Source: Nitrospinota bacterium
GTDB taxonomy: Bacteria; Nitrospinota_A; UBA7883; JBLYYQ01
DNA: 35,140 bases
Assembly (NCBI GenBank): GCA_048550035.1
Contig: JBLYYQ010000046.1
Location: 1 to 35,140 of the forward strand
Direction: 5' to 3'
The position numbers and the translations under genes were made by a program. This document shows, in pieces, positions 10,484 through 18,310 of the stretch (the first letter of the stretch is position 1; each line of letters begins with the position of its first letter). Under the pieces are notes generated by a model. The model made no database searches, was not told the origin of the DNA, and saw only the letters and a program-made list of their open reading frames with translations.

Positions 10484-11812
10484 TTAGCCTCGCCTACTTT
10501 TAATAGTACCTTTTTTCACTAGACCATCGTAATGGCGCATCACTAGATGTGATTGAATCTGCGACATGGTATCCATCCCTACACCAACCACAATTAGCAA
10601 GCCGGTGCCACCAAAATAAAAAGGGATATTTAACTGAGTAATCAGAATATCAGGTAGCACACAAATTAATGACAAATAACACGCACCAGTAAATGTTAAG
10701 CGGGTAAGAACTTGCTCAATATAAGCAGCAGTCGGTGCACCAGGGCGGATTCCTGGGATATTTGCATTAGATTTTTTTAAGTTATCTGCAATTTCAGTTG
10801 GATTAAAAATCATCGCAGTATAGTAGTAGCAGAAAAAGAATATTGCCCCAACATAGAATATCTCATAGAACAGTCGACCAGGCTGAAGCGAACCAGATAA
10901 AGTTGAAAGCCACGATCCTGAACTATTTGACGGATCTAAGAATATCAGTAATGTTGCCGGTAGCATAATAATTGATGACGCAAAAATAGGAGGAATAACA
11001 CCAGCTGTATTCACCTTCAATGGAAGATGACTACTTGTGCCGCCTAACATCTTACGACCCATCATACGTTTGGCATAATTGATTGTCAATCGTCGCTGGG
11101 CTGACTCCATAAAGACTATTGCACCTAACACAAAACACATAAATACAATTAGAGCAAGAATTATGATTAGATTTATCTGACCAATTGAAACAAGTTCAAA
11201 TGTTTGGAAAATAGCAGATGGAATATCGGCAACAATTCCTGCAAAAATAATTAAGGAAATCCCATTTCCTATACCTCGCTCTGTTATCTGCTCGCCTAAC
11301 CACATCAAAAATGATGTTCCTGCCACTACTGTTATTACTGTCATTAAACGAAATGACCATCCAGGTTCTGATACTGCTCCAACACCACCTGGCGACTGCA
11401 ACGACTCTAGCCAAAATGATATCCCCATCCCTTGGATTGTTGCTAATATAATCGTACCGTAACGAGTGATCTGAGTGATCTGCTTGCGACCTCGCTCACC
11501 CTCCTTCTTTAGCTTTTCTAAGTATGGAATGACTGTTGTCATTAGCTGCAGGATAATAGAGCTTGAAATGTAAGGCATAATCCCAAGTGCAAATATTGTC
11601 GCTTGCGAAAAGTTTGATCCAGTAAACATATCAAAGAACTCAAACATCGTGCCTGACATATTCTGAAAAAAATCAGCTAGCGCCACCTTGTTTACACCAG
11701 GAAGCGGGATATGAGATCCAATCCTAAACACTATTAGCATCGCTAAAGTAAATAAAATACGATTCTTTAGCTCTGGAATCTTTGCTATACCTGCTAAACT
11801 TTGACCGATCAT
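10484..11812 (-). CDS. secY: Preprotein translocase subunit SecY
   Basis: IFALGIMPYISSSII, WLGEQITERGIGNGISL, LPLKVNTAGVIPPIFA, IPGIRPG, GGTGLLIVVGV. Confidence 0.99.
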   Translation of the reverse strand: MIGQSLAGIAKIPELKNRILFTLAMLIVFRIGSHIPLPGVNKVALADFFQNMSGTMFEFFDMFTGSNFSQATIFALGIMPYISSSIILQLMTTVIPYLEKLKKEGERGRKQITQITRYGTIILATIQGMGISFWLESLQSPGGVGAVSEPGWSFRLMTVITVVAGTSFLMWLGEQITERGIGNGISLIIFAGIVADIPSAIFQTFELVSIGQINLIIILALIVFMCFVLGAIVFMESAQRRLTINYAKRMMGRKMLGGTSSHLPLKVNTAGVIPPIFASSIIMLPATLLIFLDPSNSSGSWLSTLSGSLQPGRLFYEIFYVGAIFFFCYYYTAMIFNPTEIADNLKKSNANIPGIRPGAPTAAYIEQVLTRLTFTGACYLSLICVLPDILITQLNIPFYFGGTGLLIVVGVGMDTMSQIQSHLVMRHYDGLVKKGTIKSRRG

Positions 11813-12258
11813 TTGCGTACAACTTTGACTTGGCCGCCGGCAGCTACTATCTTTTCTTCGGCTTGTTTGCTAAATTTATTTGCAGTTACTATTAATGCTA
11901 CTTTAATATCGCCTTCACCTAGAATCTTGATCTTTCGACGTGACCTGACCAAATTCTTTTTTATCATAAGCTCCGGAGTCACTTCGTTACTTTCCATCTC
12001 AAGAGTCGCAAGTTTTCCTATATTAACTATTTCATACTCCTCACGGAAAATATTAGTAAACCCAAACTTTGGCAGACGCCTTGCTAATGGAGTTTGTCCA
12101 CCTTCAAATCCCCGTTTCCTAGCAGCTCCTGCTCTTGAGTTTTGACCGTTGTGACCTGTACCACATGTCTTGCCATGACCGCTCCCTGTACCTCGTCCGA
12201 CCCGCTTGCGAGAGCGCTTCGAGCCTTTAGCTGGGCTAAGCTTACTTAGTAGTTCCAT
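11809..12258 (-). CDS. rplO: 50S ribosomal protein L15
   Basis: RVGRGTGSGHGKT...GFEGGQTPLARRLPKFGF. Confidence 0.99.
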   Translation of the reverse strand: MELLSKLSPAKGSKRSRKRVGRGTGSGHGKTCGTGHNGQNSRAGAARKRGFEGGQTPLARRLPKFGFTNIFREEYEIVNIGKLATLEMESNEVTPELMIKKNLVRSRRKIKILGEGDIKVALIVTANKFSKQAEEKIVAAGGQVKVVRK

Positions 12259-12262
12259 ATTT

Positions 12263-12790
12263 CTAACTTTCTCTTGCTCGAATTATCTGTTCTGGATCTT
12301 TTAAATGTTTGAGCGCGTCCATAGTAGCAAGTGCCAAATTATTCGGATTTGAAGAACCTAATGATTTAGTTAATATATCCTGCACACCAACAGCTTCCAT
12401 TATAGATCGAACGGCTCCTCCTGCTATGACACCTGTACCTTGTGAGGCAGGCTTCATTAATAACCGTCCAGCTCCAAAATGACCAATCATCTCATGAGGG
12501 ATTGTTCCACCACGAAGATAAACTTCAATCATCTCCTTCTTTGCTACCACGATTGCTTTACGAATTGCTTCTGGAACCTCATTTGCCTTGCCGGTTCCAA
12601 GACCTACTTTCCCTGCCCTGTCACCAACAACAACCAACGCTGTAAATGAAAACCGACGTCCTCCCTTTACTACTTTCGCAACTCGATTTACAAAGATGAC
12701 TTTATCTAACAACTCATTTTCACGCGAATCTTCTTGCTCGCTTGGTTTTGCACGACGGGGCTGACGACGATTACTATCACTATTTTTCAA
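12263..12790 (-). CDS. rpsE: 30S ribosomal protein S5 (TTG start overlapping rplR stop)
   Basis: [16 protein letters not shown]...[10 protein letters not shown]...GTGVIAGG. Confidence 0.98.
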   Translation of the reverse strand: MKNSDSNRRQPRRAKPSEQEDSRENELLDKVIFVNRVAKVVKGGRRFSFTALVVVGDRAGKVGLGTGKANEVPEAIRKAIVVAKKEMIEVYLRGGTIPHEMIGHFGAGRLLMKPASQGTGVIAGGAVRSIMEAVGVQDILTKSLGSSNPNNLALATMDALKHLKDPEQIIRARES

Positions 12791-13149
12791 AGTAGCAACC
12801 CTTTCTCTCGGATTGCTGTTGCAACCTCCTTAACTTTGCCATGATATCTCCTTGAACCACGATCAAACACTAATTCTTTTAAGCCTAACTTTAATGCTTC
12901 TTCACCTACAGTAGAACCAACCTGCTTTGCAGACTCTAAATTATTACCAGTCAATTTGCTACTTTTCACTCCGGTTGCAACATAAGCTAGAGTTGAACCT
13001 TTGTCATCGTTTACAAGCTGAACTATAATATTCTTATTAGTAAATCTAACAGAAACACGTGGACGATCGGCAGAACCTGAAATCTTCCTTCGAACCCGTG
13101 CTCGCCTAGCCATTAGAGCTTTTGCTCTTACTCCTAATTTTCGTTTCAT
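12787..13149 (-). CDS. rplR: 50S ribosomal protein L18
   Basis: [17 protein letters not shown]...[13 protein letters not shown]. Confidence 0.97.
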   Translation of the reverse strand: MKRKLGVRAKALMARRARVRRKISGSADRPRVSVRFTNKNIIVQLVNDDKGSTLAYVATGVKSSKLTGNNLESAKQVGSTVGEEALKLGLKELVFDRGSRRYHGKVKEVATAIREKGLLL

Positions 13150-13165
13150 AAAATTTTATTCTACT

Positions 13166-13708
13166 CTATTTCTTAGCGGCAGCTTTACCTGCCTTACGCC
13201 TGATTCGCTCTGTTGAAAATCTTATACCCTTACCCTTATACGGCTCTGGAGGACGTAGATTCCTTATGTTTGCTGCTATCTGTCCTATCTTTTCCTTATC
13301 AATACCTTTGACAATAAGCTCAGTTGGCTTTATCACTTCAAACTCTACTCCATCAGGAGGGTTCATCATTATTGGATGACTATAACCTAACAAAAACTCA
13401 AGCCCTTTCCCTTTTTGAGCACAACGATAACCAACACCTTCTATAAGTAATCGTTTGGAGAATCCTTCCGTCACACCTTGAACCATATTAGCTAACAGTG
13501 CTCGGGTTAAACCATGCAGGGCCTTGTTCTTATTGGAATCATCGGGGCGCTTAACTATCACCTGCGAATCCTTTAGATTAATCGATATCTTATGATGAAA
13601 TTCACGGGTGATCTCTCCTAGCTTACCCTTAACTGTAACATCATTTTGCTTGATATCAACTATCACGCCTGTAGGCAAATCAACTGGCTTCTTTCCTATC
13701 CTAGACAT
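13166..13708 (-). CDS. rplF: 50S ribosomal protein L6
   Basis: MSRIGKKPV...GVGYR...LGYSHP...RPPEPYKGKGI. Confidence 0.99.
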   Translation of the reverse strand: MSRIGKKPVDLPTGVIVDIKQNDVTVKGKLGEITREFHHKISINLKDSQVIVKRPDDSNKNKALHGLTRALLANMVQGVTEGFSKRLLIEGVGYRCAQKGKGLEFLLGYSHPIMMNPPDGVEFEVIKPTELIVKGIDKEKIGQIAANIRNLRPPEPYKGKGIRFSTERIRRKAGKAAAKK

Positions 13709-13717
13709 TTTTCCTTA

Positions 13718-14116
13718 TCACCAGATATAACAGAGAATCTCGCCGCCAACTTTATGCAGCCTTGCTTCTTTATCCGAAAGAATCCCTTTACTTGTTGACA
13801 TAATCGCTACCCCTAGACCACTAAAAACTGATGGAATATCTTTACTCTTTTTATAGACACGCAGTCCAGGTCTCGATACTCGCTTCAAACCGTAAATTGC
13901 AGGTTTCCCTTTATAATACTTCAACCCAATTTCAATGTTGTGACGATTCAGACTTGATCGGACAATTTTGAAATTTTCTACAAAACCTTCTTCTTTTAGT
14001 AATGCCGCAATTTCCCCTTTTATAACAGAATGTGGGATAACCACTCGCTTATGATTCATTGCAATCGCATTTCTAATCCTAGTAAGCATATCTGCTAACG
14101 GATCGCTCATACTCAT
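13718..14116 (-). CDS. rpsH: 30S ribosomal protein S8
   Basis: DPLADMLTRIRNA...RVSRPGLRVY...GLGVAIMSTSKG...GGEILCYIW. Confidence 0.99.
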   Translation of the reverse strand: MSMSDPLADMLTRIRNAIAMNHKRVVIPHSVIKGEIAALLKEEGFVENFKIVRSSLNRHNIEIGLKYYKGKPAIYGLKRVSRPGLRVYKKSKDIPSVFSGLGVAIMSTSKGILSDKEARLHKVGGEILCYIW

Positions 14117-14135
14117 TAGTTTTTCTTCCTCTTCA

Positions 14136-14321
14136 TTACCAGCTGCTCTTTGTTACGCCCGGAATCCTACCTTCCAACGAAAGGCGTCTAAAACAGATCC
14201 TGCACAATTCAAATTTTCTTAAAAAACCTCGCGGTCGACCACAAATCTTGCAGCGACTGTAGCTACGTACCTTAAACTTAGGACGCCTCTGCTGCTTGGC
14301 GATCATCGATTTCTTCGCCAC
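14136..14321 (-). CDS. rpsN: 30S ribosomal protein S14, short zinc-binding type Z
   Basis: 61 aa, [10 protein letters not shown]...LCRICFR...PGVTKSSW; GTG start. Confidence 0.98.
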   Translation of the reverse strand: MAKKSMIAKQQRRPKFKVRSYSRCKICGRPRGFLRKFELCRICFRRLSLEGRIPGVTKSSW

Positions 14322-14334
14322 CTTGATCTCTCCT

Positions 14335-14874
14335 TTAGTTCCTAAACGGCATCCCTAACGCCTTCAAGAGACTATGACCCTCTTTGTCGCTTGATGCCGT
14401 TGTGACTATCGTTATGTTAAAGCCTTTAATCTTCTCTATCTTATCGTAATCTACCTCAGGGAAAATTAAGCTCTCCTTAACCCCTAATGTATAATTACCA
14501 GATCCATCAAACGCATTTGGGGATATCCCTTTGAAATCTCTTATTCGTGGAATTGCTGACACTATTAGTCGCTCTAAAAACTCATACATCATATTGCCAC
14601 GCAATGTCACCATAACTCCTATCGAAACATCTTCGCGTAAGTTGAAATTACTTATCGCATTCTTAGCTTTAGTCACTATCGGCTTCTGTCCTGATATACG
14701 GGTGAGTGTATAAATCCCGACATCTACTATCTTAGGATTCTGAGTTGCCTCACCTAGCCCCATATTTATCACGATCTTTGAAAGCTTTGGCATCTGCATC
14801 ACATTTTTATAGCCATTTGCTTTCATCAAGGCCGGAATCACTTCCTTCTTATATTTCTTGCTTAATGTTGCCAT
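14335..14874 (-). CDS. rplE: 50S ribosomal protein L5
   Basis: [11 protein letters not shown]...GQKP...VTLRG...PRIRDFKG...FDGSGNY. Confidence 0.99.
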   Translation of the reverse strand: MATLSKKYKKEVIPALMKANGYKNVMQMPKLSKIVINMGLGEATQNPKIVDVGIYTLTRISGQKPIVTKAKNAISNFNLREDVSIGVMVTLRGNMMYEFLERLIVSAIPRIRDFKGISPNAFDGSGNYTLGVKESLIFPEVDYDKIEKIKGFNITIVTTASSDKEGHSLLKALGMPFRN

Positions 14875-15192
14875 CTATCCAACCTTAACCACTTCTGAGC
14901 ATTTCGCACATATTCGTACTTTGCTACTATCTTCTAATCTCTTATACTGAACTCTTGTTGGCTTGTCGCACTGAGGACAGATTAACATTACCTTCGAGAC
15001 ATCTATTTTCGCCTCTTTCTCAATTATACCACCTTGACGATTATCTTGCGTTGGTCGTTGATGGCGCTTCACTACGTTAACCTTCTCTACTATGATCATT
15101 CCCTCTTTTGGCATCGACTCTAGTACCCTACCTGTTTTACCTTTGCTTGCCCCATAAATAACTTTGACCATATCATCTCTTCTTATCTTCAT
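14875..15192 (-). CDS. rplX: 50S ribosomal protein L24; true start likely ATG at 15192 (TGATG overlap with rplN)
   Basis: [21 protein letters not shown]...VEKVN...GGIIEKEAKIDVSKVM. Confidence 0.97.
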   Translation of the reverse strand: MKIRRDDMVKVIYGASKGKTGRVLESMPKEGMIIVEKVNVVKRHQRPTQDNRQGGIIEKEAKIDVSKVMLICPQCDKPTRVQYKRLEDSSKVRICAKCSEVVKVG

Positions 15193-15560
15193 CAGAGCAC
15201 CTCCGGTGCTAATGATACGATCTTCATAAATTTCTTCCACCTTAATTCACGCCCAACAGGACCAAAAATCCTTGTTCCTATCATCTCTTTTTGATCATCA
15301 AGAATTACTGCCGCATTATCTCCGAATCGCACATATGTACCATTCGCACGCCTGATTTCTTTCTTTATCCTCACTACAACCGCATTATGAACCTTCCCTT
15401 TTTTTACTGTTCCATGCGGTACTGCCTCACTTACAGCAACTTTGACAAGGTCTCCTATTGTCGCATATCGACTGGTCGATCCACCTAAAACCCTAATGCA
15501 GGTCACTTTCTTGGCTCCCGAATTGTCTGCGACATCTAAAACTGTATTTAACTGAATCAT
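15192..15560 (-). CDS. rplN: 50S ribosomal protein L14
   Basis: MIQ...VADNSGAK...FGDNAAV...[13 protein letters not shown]...SLAPEVL. Confidence 0.99.
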   Translation of the reverse strand: MIQLNTVLDVADNSGAKKVTCIRVLGGSTSRYATIGDLVKVAVSEAVPHGTVKKGKVHNAVVVRIKKEIRRANGTYVRFGDNAAVILDDQKEMIGTRIFGPVGRELRWKKFMKIVSLAPEVL

Positions 15561-15571
15561 AATATTCTATT

Positions 15572-15862
15572 TTACCTTGCCGAACGCTCTAACACTTCTA
15601 GTAATTCCCATCGCTTAAGCTTCGAAAGTGGACGTGTCTCACCTATCTTAACCTTATCTCCTATCCCCAACTCATTACTCTCGTCATGGATATGGTACTT
15701 CTTGGTTCTAGAGATAATTTTCTTAAACATTTTATGTGTCGTCATACGTTTGACTGCCACTACGGCACTCTTATTCATCTTGTTGGAAACTACCACCCCA
15801 ACTCTATGCTTCCGATTTTTCACACTCTCCTTCAAGCTGCTATTAGTTTGATCTTCAACCAT
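15572..15862 (-). CDS. rpsQ: 30S ribosomal protein S17
   Basis: [11 protein letters not shown]...HDESN...[18 protein letters not shown]. Confidence 0.98.
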   Translation of the reverse strand: MVEDQTNSSLKESVKNRKHRVGVVVSNKMNKSAVVAVKRMTTHKMFKKIISRTKKYHIHDESNELGIGDKVKIGETRPLSKLKRWELLEVLERSAR

Positions 15863-15867
15863 ATCCT

Positions 15868-16074
15868 CTAGCTTACCTCTTCCTTTCCTGCTCGTTTGCT
15901 AGTTAATATTGTTAGCCCTCGTGCAATTGTTCGACGGATCTTCCGTATCTCCATAGGACTCTCTAACTGCGATGTTGCATGACGAAAACGTAGCTTCATA
16001 TACTCTTTCTTAAGATCAGACAGACGGCTCATCAACTCCTCCTCTGAAAAATCTCGTAACTTATCTGCCTTCAT
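15868..16074 (-). CDS. rpmC: 50S ribosomal protein L29
   Basis: MKADKLR...[10 protein letters not shown]...[15 protein letters not shown]; lies between rplP and rpsQ. Confidence 0.96.
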   Translation of the reverse strand: MKADKLRDFSEEELMSRLSDLKKEYMKLRFRHATSQLESPMEIRKIRRTIARGLTILTSKRAGKEEVS

Positions 16075-16496
16075 CTTGCAAACCTTCTTTCAACCTTCGC
16101 TAAAATCCTCGTCTTAACTGACAACTTATGTGAAGCTCGTAGTAAAGCATGCTTTGCAGTTTCAATATCTACTCCGTCTAATTCAAACAATACTCTACCC
16201 TTCTTTACTCTAGCAACCCAAACCTCAGGTGTCCCTTTACCTTTTCCCATCCTGACTTCTAACGGTTTCTTCGTTAATGGCTTGTCTGGAAATATTCGAA
16301 TCCAAACCTTCCCGCCTCGCTTGATACCTCTCGATATCGCAACACGAGCTGCCTCTATCTGGCGTGCTGTAATCCAGCCAGGATCTAGTGTCTGTAGCGC
16401 ATATGCTCCAAAACTTATATTCGAACCACGCCACGCTGTTCCTCGACTACGTCCTTTCTGACGCTTTCGGTATTTAACCTTCTTAGGCATTAACAT
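16071..16496 (-). CDS. rplP: 50S ribosomal protein L16
   Basis: [11 protein letters not shown]...[10 protein letters not shown]...WIRIFPD...RMGKGKG. Confidence 0.99.
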   Translation of the reverse strand: MLMPKKVKYRKRQKGRSRGTAWRGSNISFGAYALQTLDPGWITARQIEAARVAISRGIKRGGKVWIRIFPDKPLTKKPLEVRMGKGKGTPEVWVARVKKGRVLFELDGVDIETAKHALLRASHKLSVKTRILAKVERRFAR

Positions 16497-16524
16497 GTTT
16501 GTATCTCTTGCTAAATAATTCTAT

Positions 16525-17337
16525 CTAGCTATCCTTCTTATTGTCATCTTTATTTTCATCTGCCTTGACAGACTCTTCTTTAACAGTGTCAGCCGCTGCC
16601 GCTGAAGATTCCTCTTTAGCTAAATCGACTTTTGCAGCCTCCACAACTTCCTCTATATGCTTCTGACTTCTCATCTTGCGTTGCTCTTCTAACTTGCGAG
16701 CCTCTTTCCCAAAATAGAAATTACCTCTGAATATCCAAGTCTTGATACCTATAATACCAAAGGTGGTATTCGCTTCTGCAAATCCATAATCGATATCTGC
16801 TCTGATTGTATGAAGCGGCACTCGACCTTCTCTGTACCATTCTGTTCTTGCTATCTCAGCTCCTGCTAGACGACCGGCACAATTTATCCGTATCCCTTTT
16901 GCGTTAAAGCGCATTGATGTTGCTACCGCCTTCTTCATCGCACGTCTAAATGCTACTCGACGCTCCAACTGCAATGCTACATTCTCTGCTACTAACTGGG
17001 CTGATAACTCAGGTTTGCGTTCCTCTTTTATATTTAAAAATAGTTCCTTACCTGGTAATGCCGCCTGAATCGACTTCTTTAGCTTGTCTACTTCATGCCC
17101 CTTCTTGCCAATAATTATGCCTGGGCGCGCAGCATTAATATGAAGGCGAACATTGTTCCCTTTTCGCTCTATCTGTACAGATGAAATCCCTGCATGGTAG
17201 AGATCCTTCTTAATCATTTTGCGCAATCTTAGATCAGAATGAAGATTCTCTGCGTAACCTTTTTCAGAATACCAGTTAGATTCCCAACCTTTTATTATTC
17301 CGACTCGAAACCCTATTGGATGTGTTTTCTGACCCAT
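16525..17337 (-). CDS. rpsC: 30S ribosomal protein S3 with long charged C-terminal tail
   Basis: [11 protein letters not shown]...[11 protein letters not shown]...[12 protein letters not shown]...GRVPLHT. Confidence 0.99.
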   Translation of the reverse strand: MGQKTHPIGFRVGIIKGWESNWYSEKGYAENLHSDLRLRKMIKKDLYHAGISSVQIERKGNNVRLHINAARPGIIIGKKGHEVDKLKKSIQAALPGKELFLNIKEERKPELSAQLVAENVALQLERRVAFRRAMKKAVATSMRFNAKGIRINCAGRLAGAEIARTEWYREGRVPLHTIRADIDYGFAEANTTFGIIGIKTWIFRGNFYFGKEARKLEEQRKMRSQKHIEEVVEAAKVDLAKEESSAAAADTVKEESVKADENKDDNKKDS

Positions 17338-17338
17338 T

Positions 17339-17782
17339 TTACTCTTTCTCTTTTCCTGTTTTTGTTGCTACGGCATCTGACTTTTGCGCAAGATTCTCTG
17401 ATGACTGAACCTCTTTTGATGAGAGTTCAGTTTTTGATTTGAGATCCTGACCTAACATTACTGTTATGTGTGAAGTTGGCTTACGGATCGGGGTCGCTCT
17501 ACCTCGAGCTCTCGGAAGGCTTCGCTTGTAAATCGGACCGCCATCAATCCAAATCTTGCTCACCAGCAACATATCAGTATCCTCTATATTCTTATCCTCT
17601 GCATTTGCAATTGCAGAATTCAATGTCTTGAGCAATACTTTTGCTGATCTCTTTGGGCTAAATGTTAGTATCCGTTGTGCTTCTGTCACATGCTTGCCTC
17701 GGATCAGATTTGCTACCAACCTCGTCTTTTGTGGACTCAACCTCACAAACCGTACTACCGCTTTAGCTACTTCGTTGCTCAT
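17339..17782 (-). CDS. rplV: 50S ribosomal protein L22 with C-terminal extension
   Basis: [17 protein letters not shown]...SAIANAE...PRARGRA...KPTSHIT. Confidence 0.98.
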   Translation of the reverse strand: MSNEVAKAVVRFVRLSPQKTRLVANLIRGKHVTEAQRILTFSPKRSAKVLLKTLNSAIANAEDKNIEDTDMLLVSKIWIDGGPIYKRSLPRARGRATPIRKPTSHITVMLGQDLKSKTELSSKEVQSSENLAQKSDAVATKTGKEKE

Positions 17783-17820
17783 TATAACTATTTCTTATTC
17801 AAGTTAATGTCTGTTAATTA

Positions 17821-17883
17821 TACGTGGAGGAAAGTTTAACCGTCTGCGTCTTGCTCGCTAGTCTTACTAGGCTTCCGCACGTA
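17821..17883 (-). ncRNA. Candidate structured 5' leader RNA of the rplV-initiated ribosomal operon
   Basis: Minus strand: UACGUG/CACGUA closing helix, GGAAG/UUUCC helix, CUAGU-AAG-ACUAG hairpin. 32/63 GC inside very AT-rich flanks. Begins at the predicted transcription start. Confidence 0.5.
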
Positions 17884-17890
17884 AACAATT

Positions 17891-17918
17891 ATTATTACCT
17901 ATTTTTTTACACTGTCAA
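17891..17918 (-). promoter_or_regulatory. Putative sigma70 promoter driving rplV operon
   Basis: Perfect TTGACA (17918-17913), 16 nt, AATAAT (17896-17891); A-tract upstream resembling an UP element. Confidence 0.6.
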
Positions 17919-17938
17919 CATTTATTTTGTTTTTTTTA

Positions 17939-18310
17939 CTATCGGTTATTTACAACTCGCTCGCCACGCTTAATAAGCCAGTTGTCAAAATCATCCGGAC
18001 TACTCAATAGCTCATCGTAAATCGGATAATACCGTTCACAGTCAGGTGGTTTATGATCCCTACATATACTAGGGCGGCTCTCATAAATAGTACAAAAGCT
18101 ATTCTTATCAAGGTAGCTACAGTCAGTTTGCAATAGTTGATACCACCTCTTATTCCTTATGAAATAATTTATATACTTAAAGTGTAGCTGCCATCTTATA
18201 TTTGTTTTCTCTAGCTTCGTCCGAGGGCGCTTAACCTGCTCTTCAATACCTCTGCAACATGCTCCTTTGCAACCTTCGCAAAGCTTTAAGCTCATCTTCT
18301 TCGCACTCAT
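17939..18310 (-). CDS. YkgJ-family cysteine-cluster (Zn/Fe-S chelating) protein
   Basis: CEGCKGACC...CSYL....CTIYESRPSICR; ATGA overlap with the upstream gene. Confidence 0.85.
   Translation of the reverse strand: MSAKKMSLKLCEGCKGACCRGIEEQVKRPRTKLEKTNIRWQLHFKYINYFIRNKRWYQLLQTDCSYLDKNSFCTIYESRPSICRDHKPPDCERYYPIYDELLSSPDDFDNWLIKRGERVVNNR

Noticed and set aside
5942-17782. Stop-codon reassignment suggested by many TAG stops
   Set aside because: TAG and TGA fall at natural C-termini (L6, L24, S8, L14), and no conserved gene has internal stops.
7944-17807. Short plus-strand and alternate-frame ORFs within the ribosomal cluster
   Set aside because: All overlap unambiguous r-protein or secY genes and lack coding signatures.
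17783-17890. Possible rpsS (S19) remnant upstream of rplV
   Set aside because: All three minus-strand frames were translated (e.g. ...NFPPRIINRH*, VRKPSKTSEQDADG*). None has convincing S19 motifs such as GHKLGEF.
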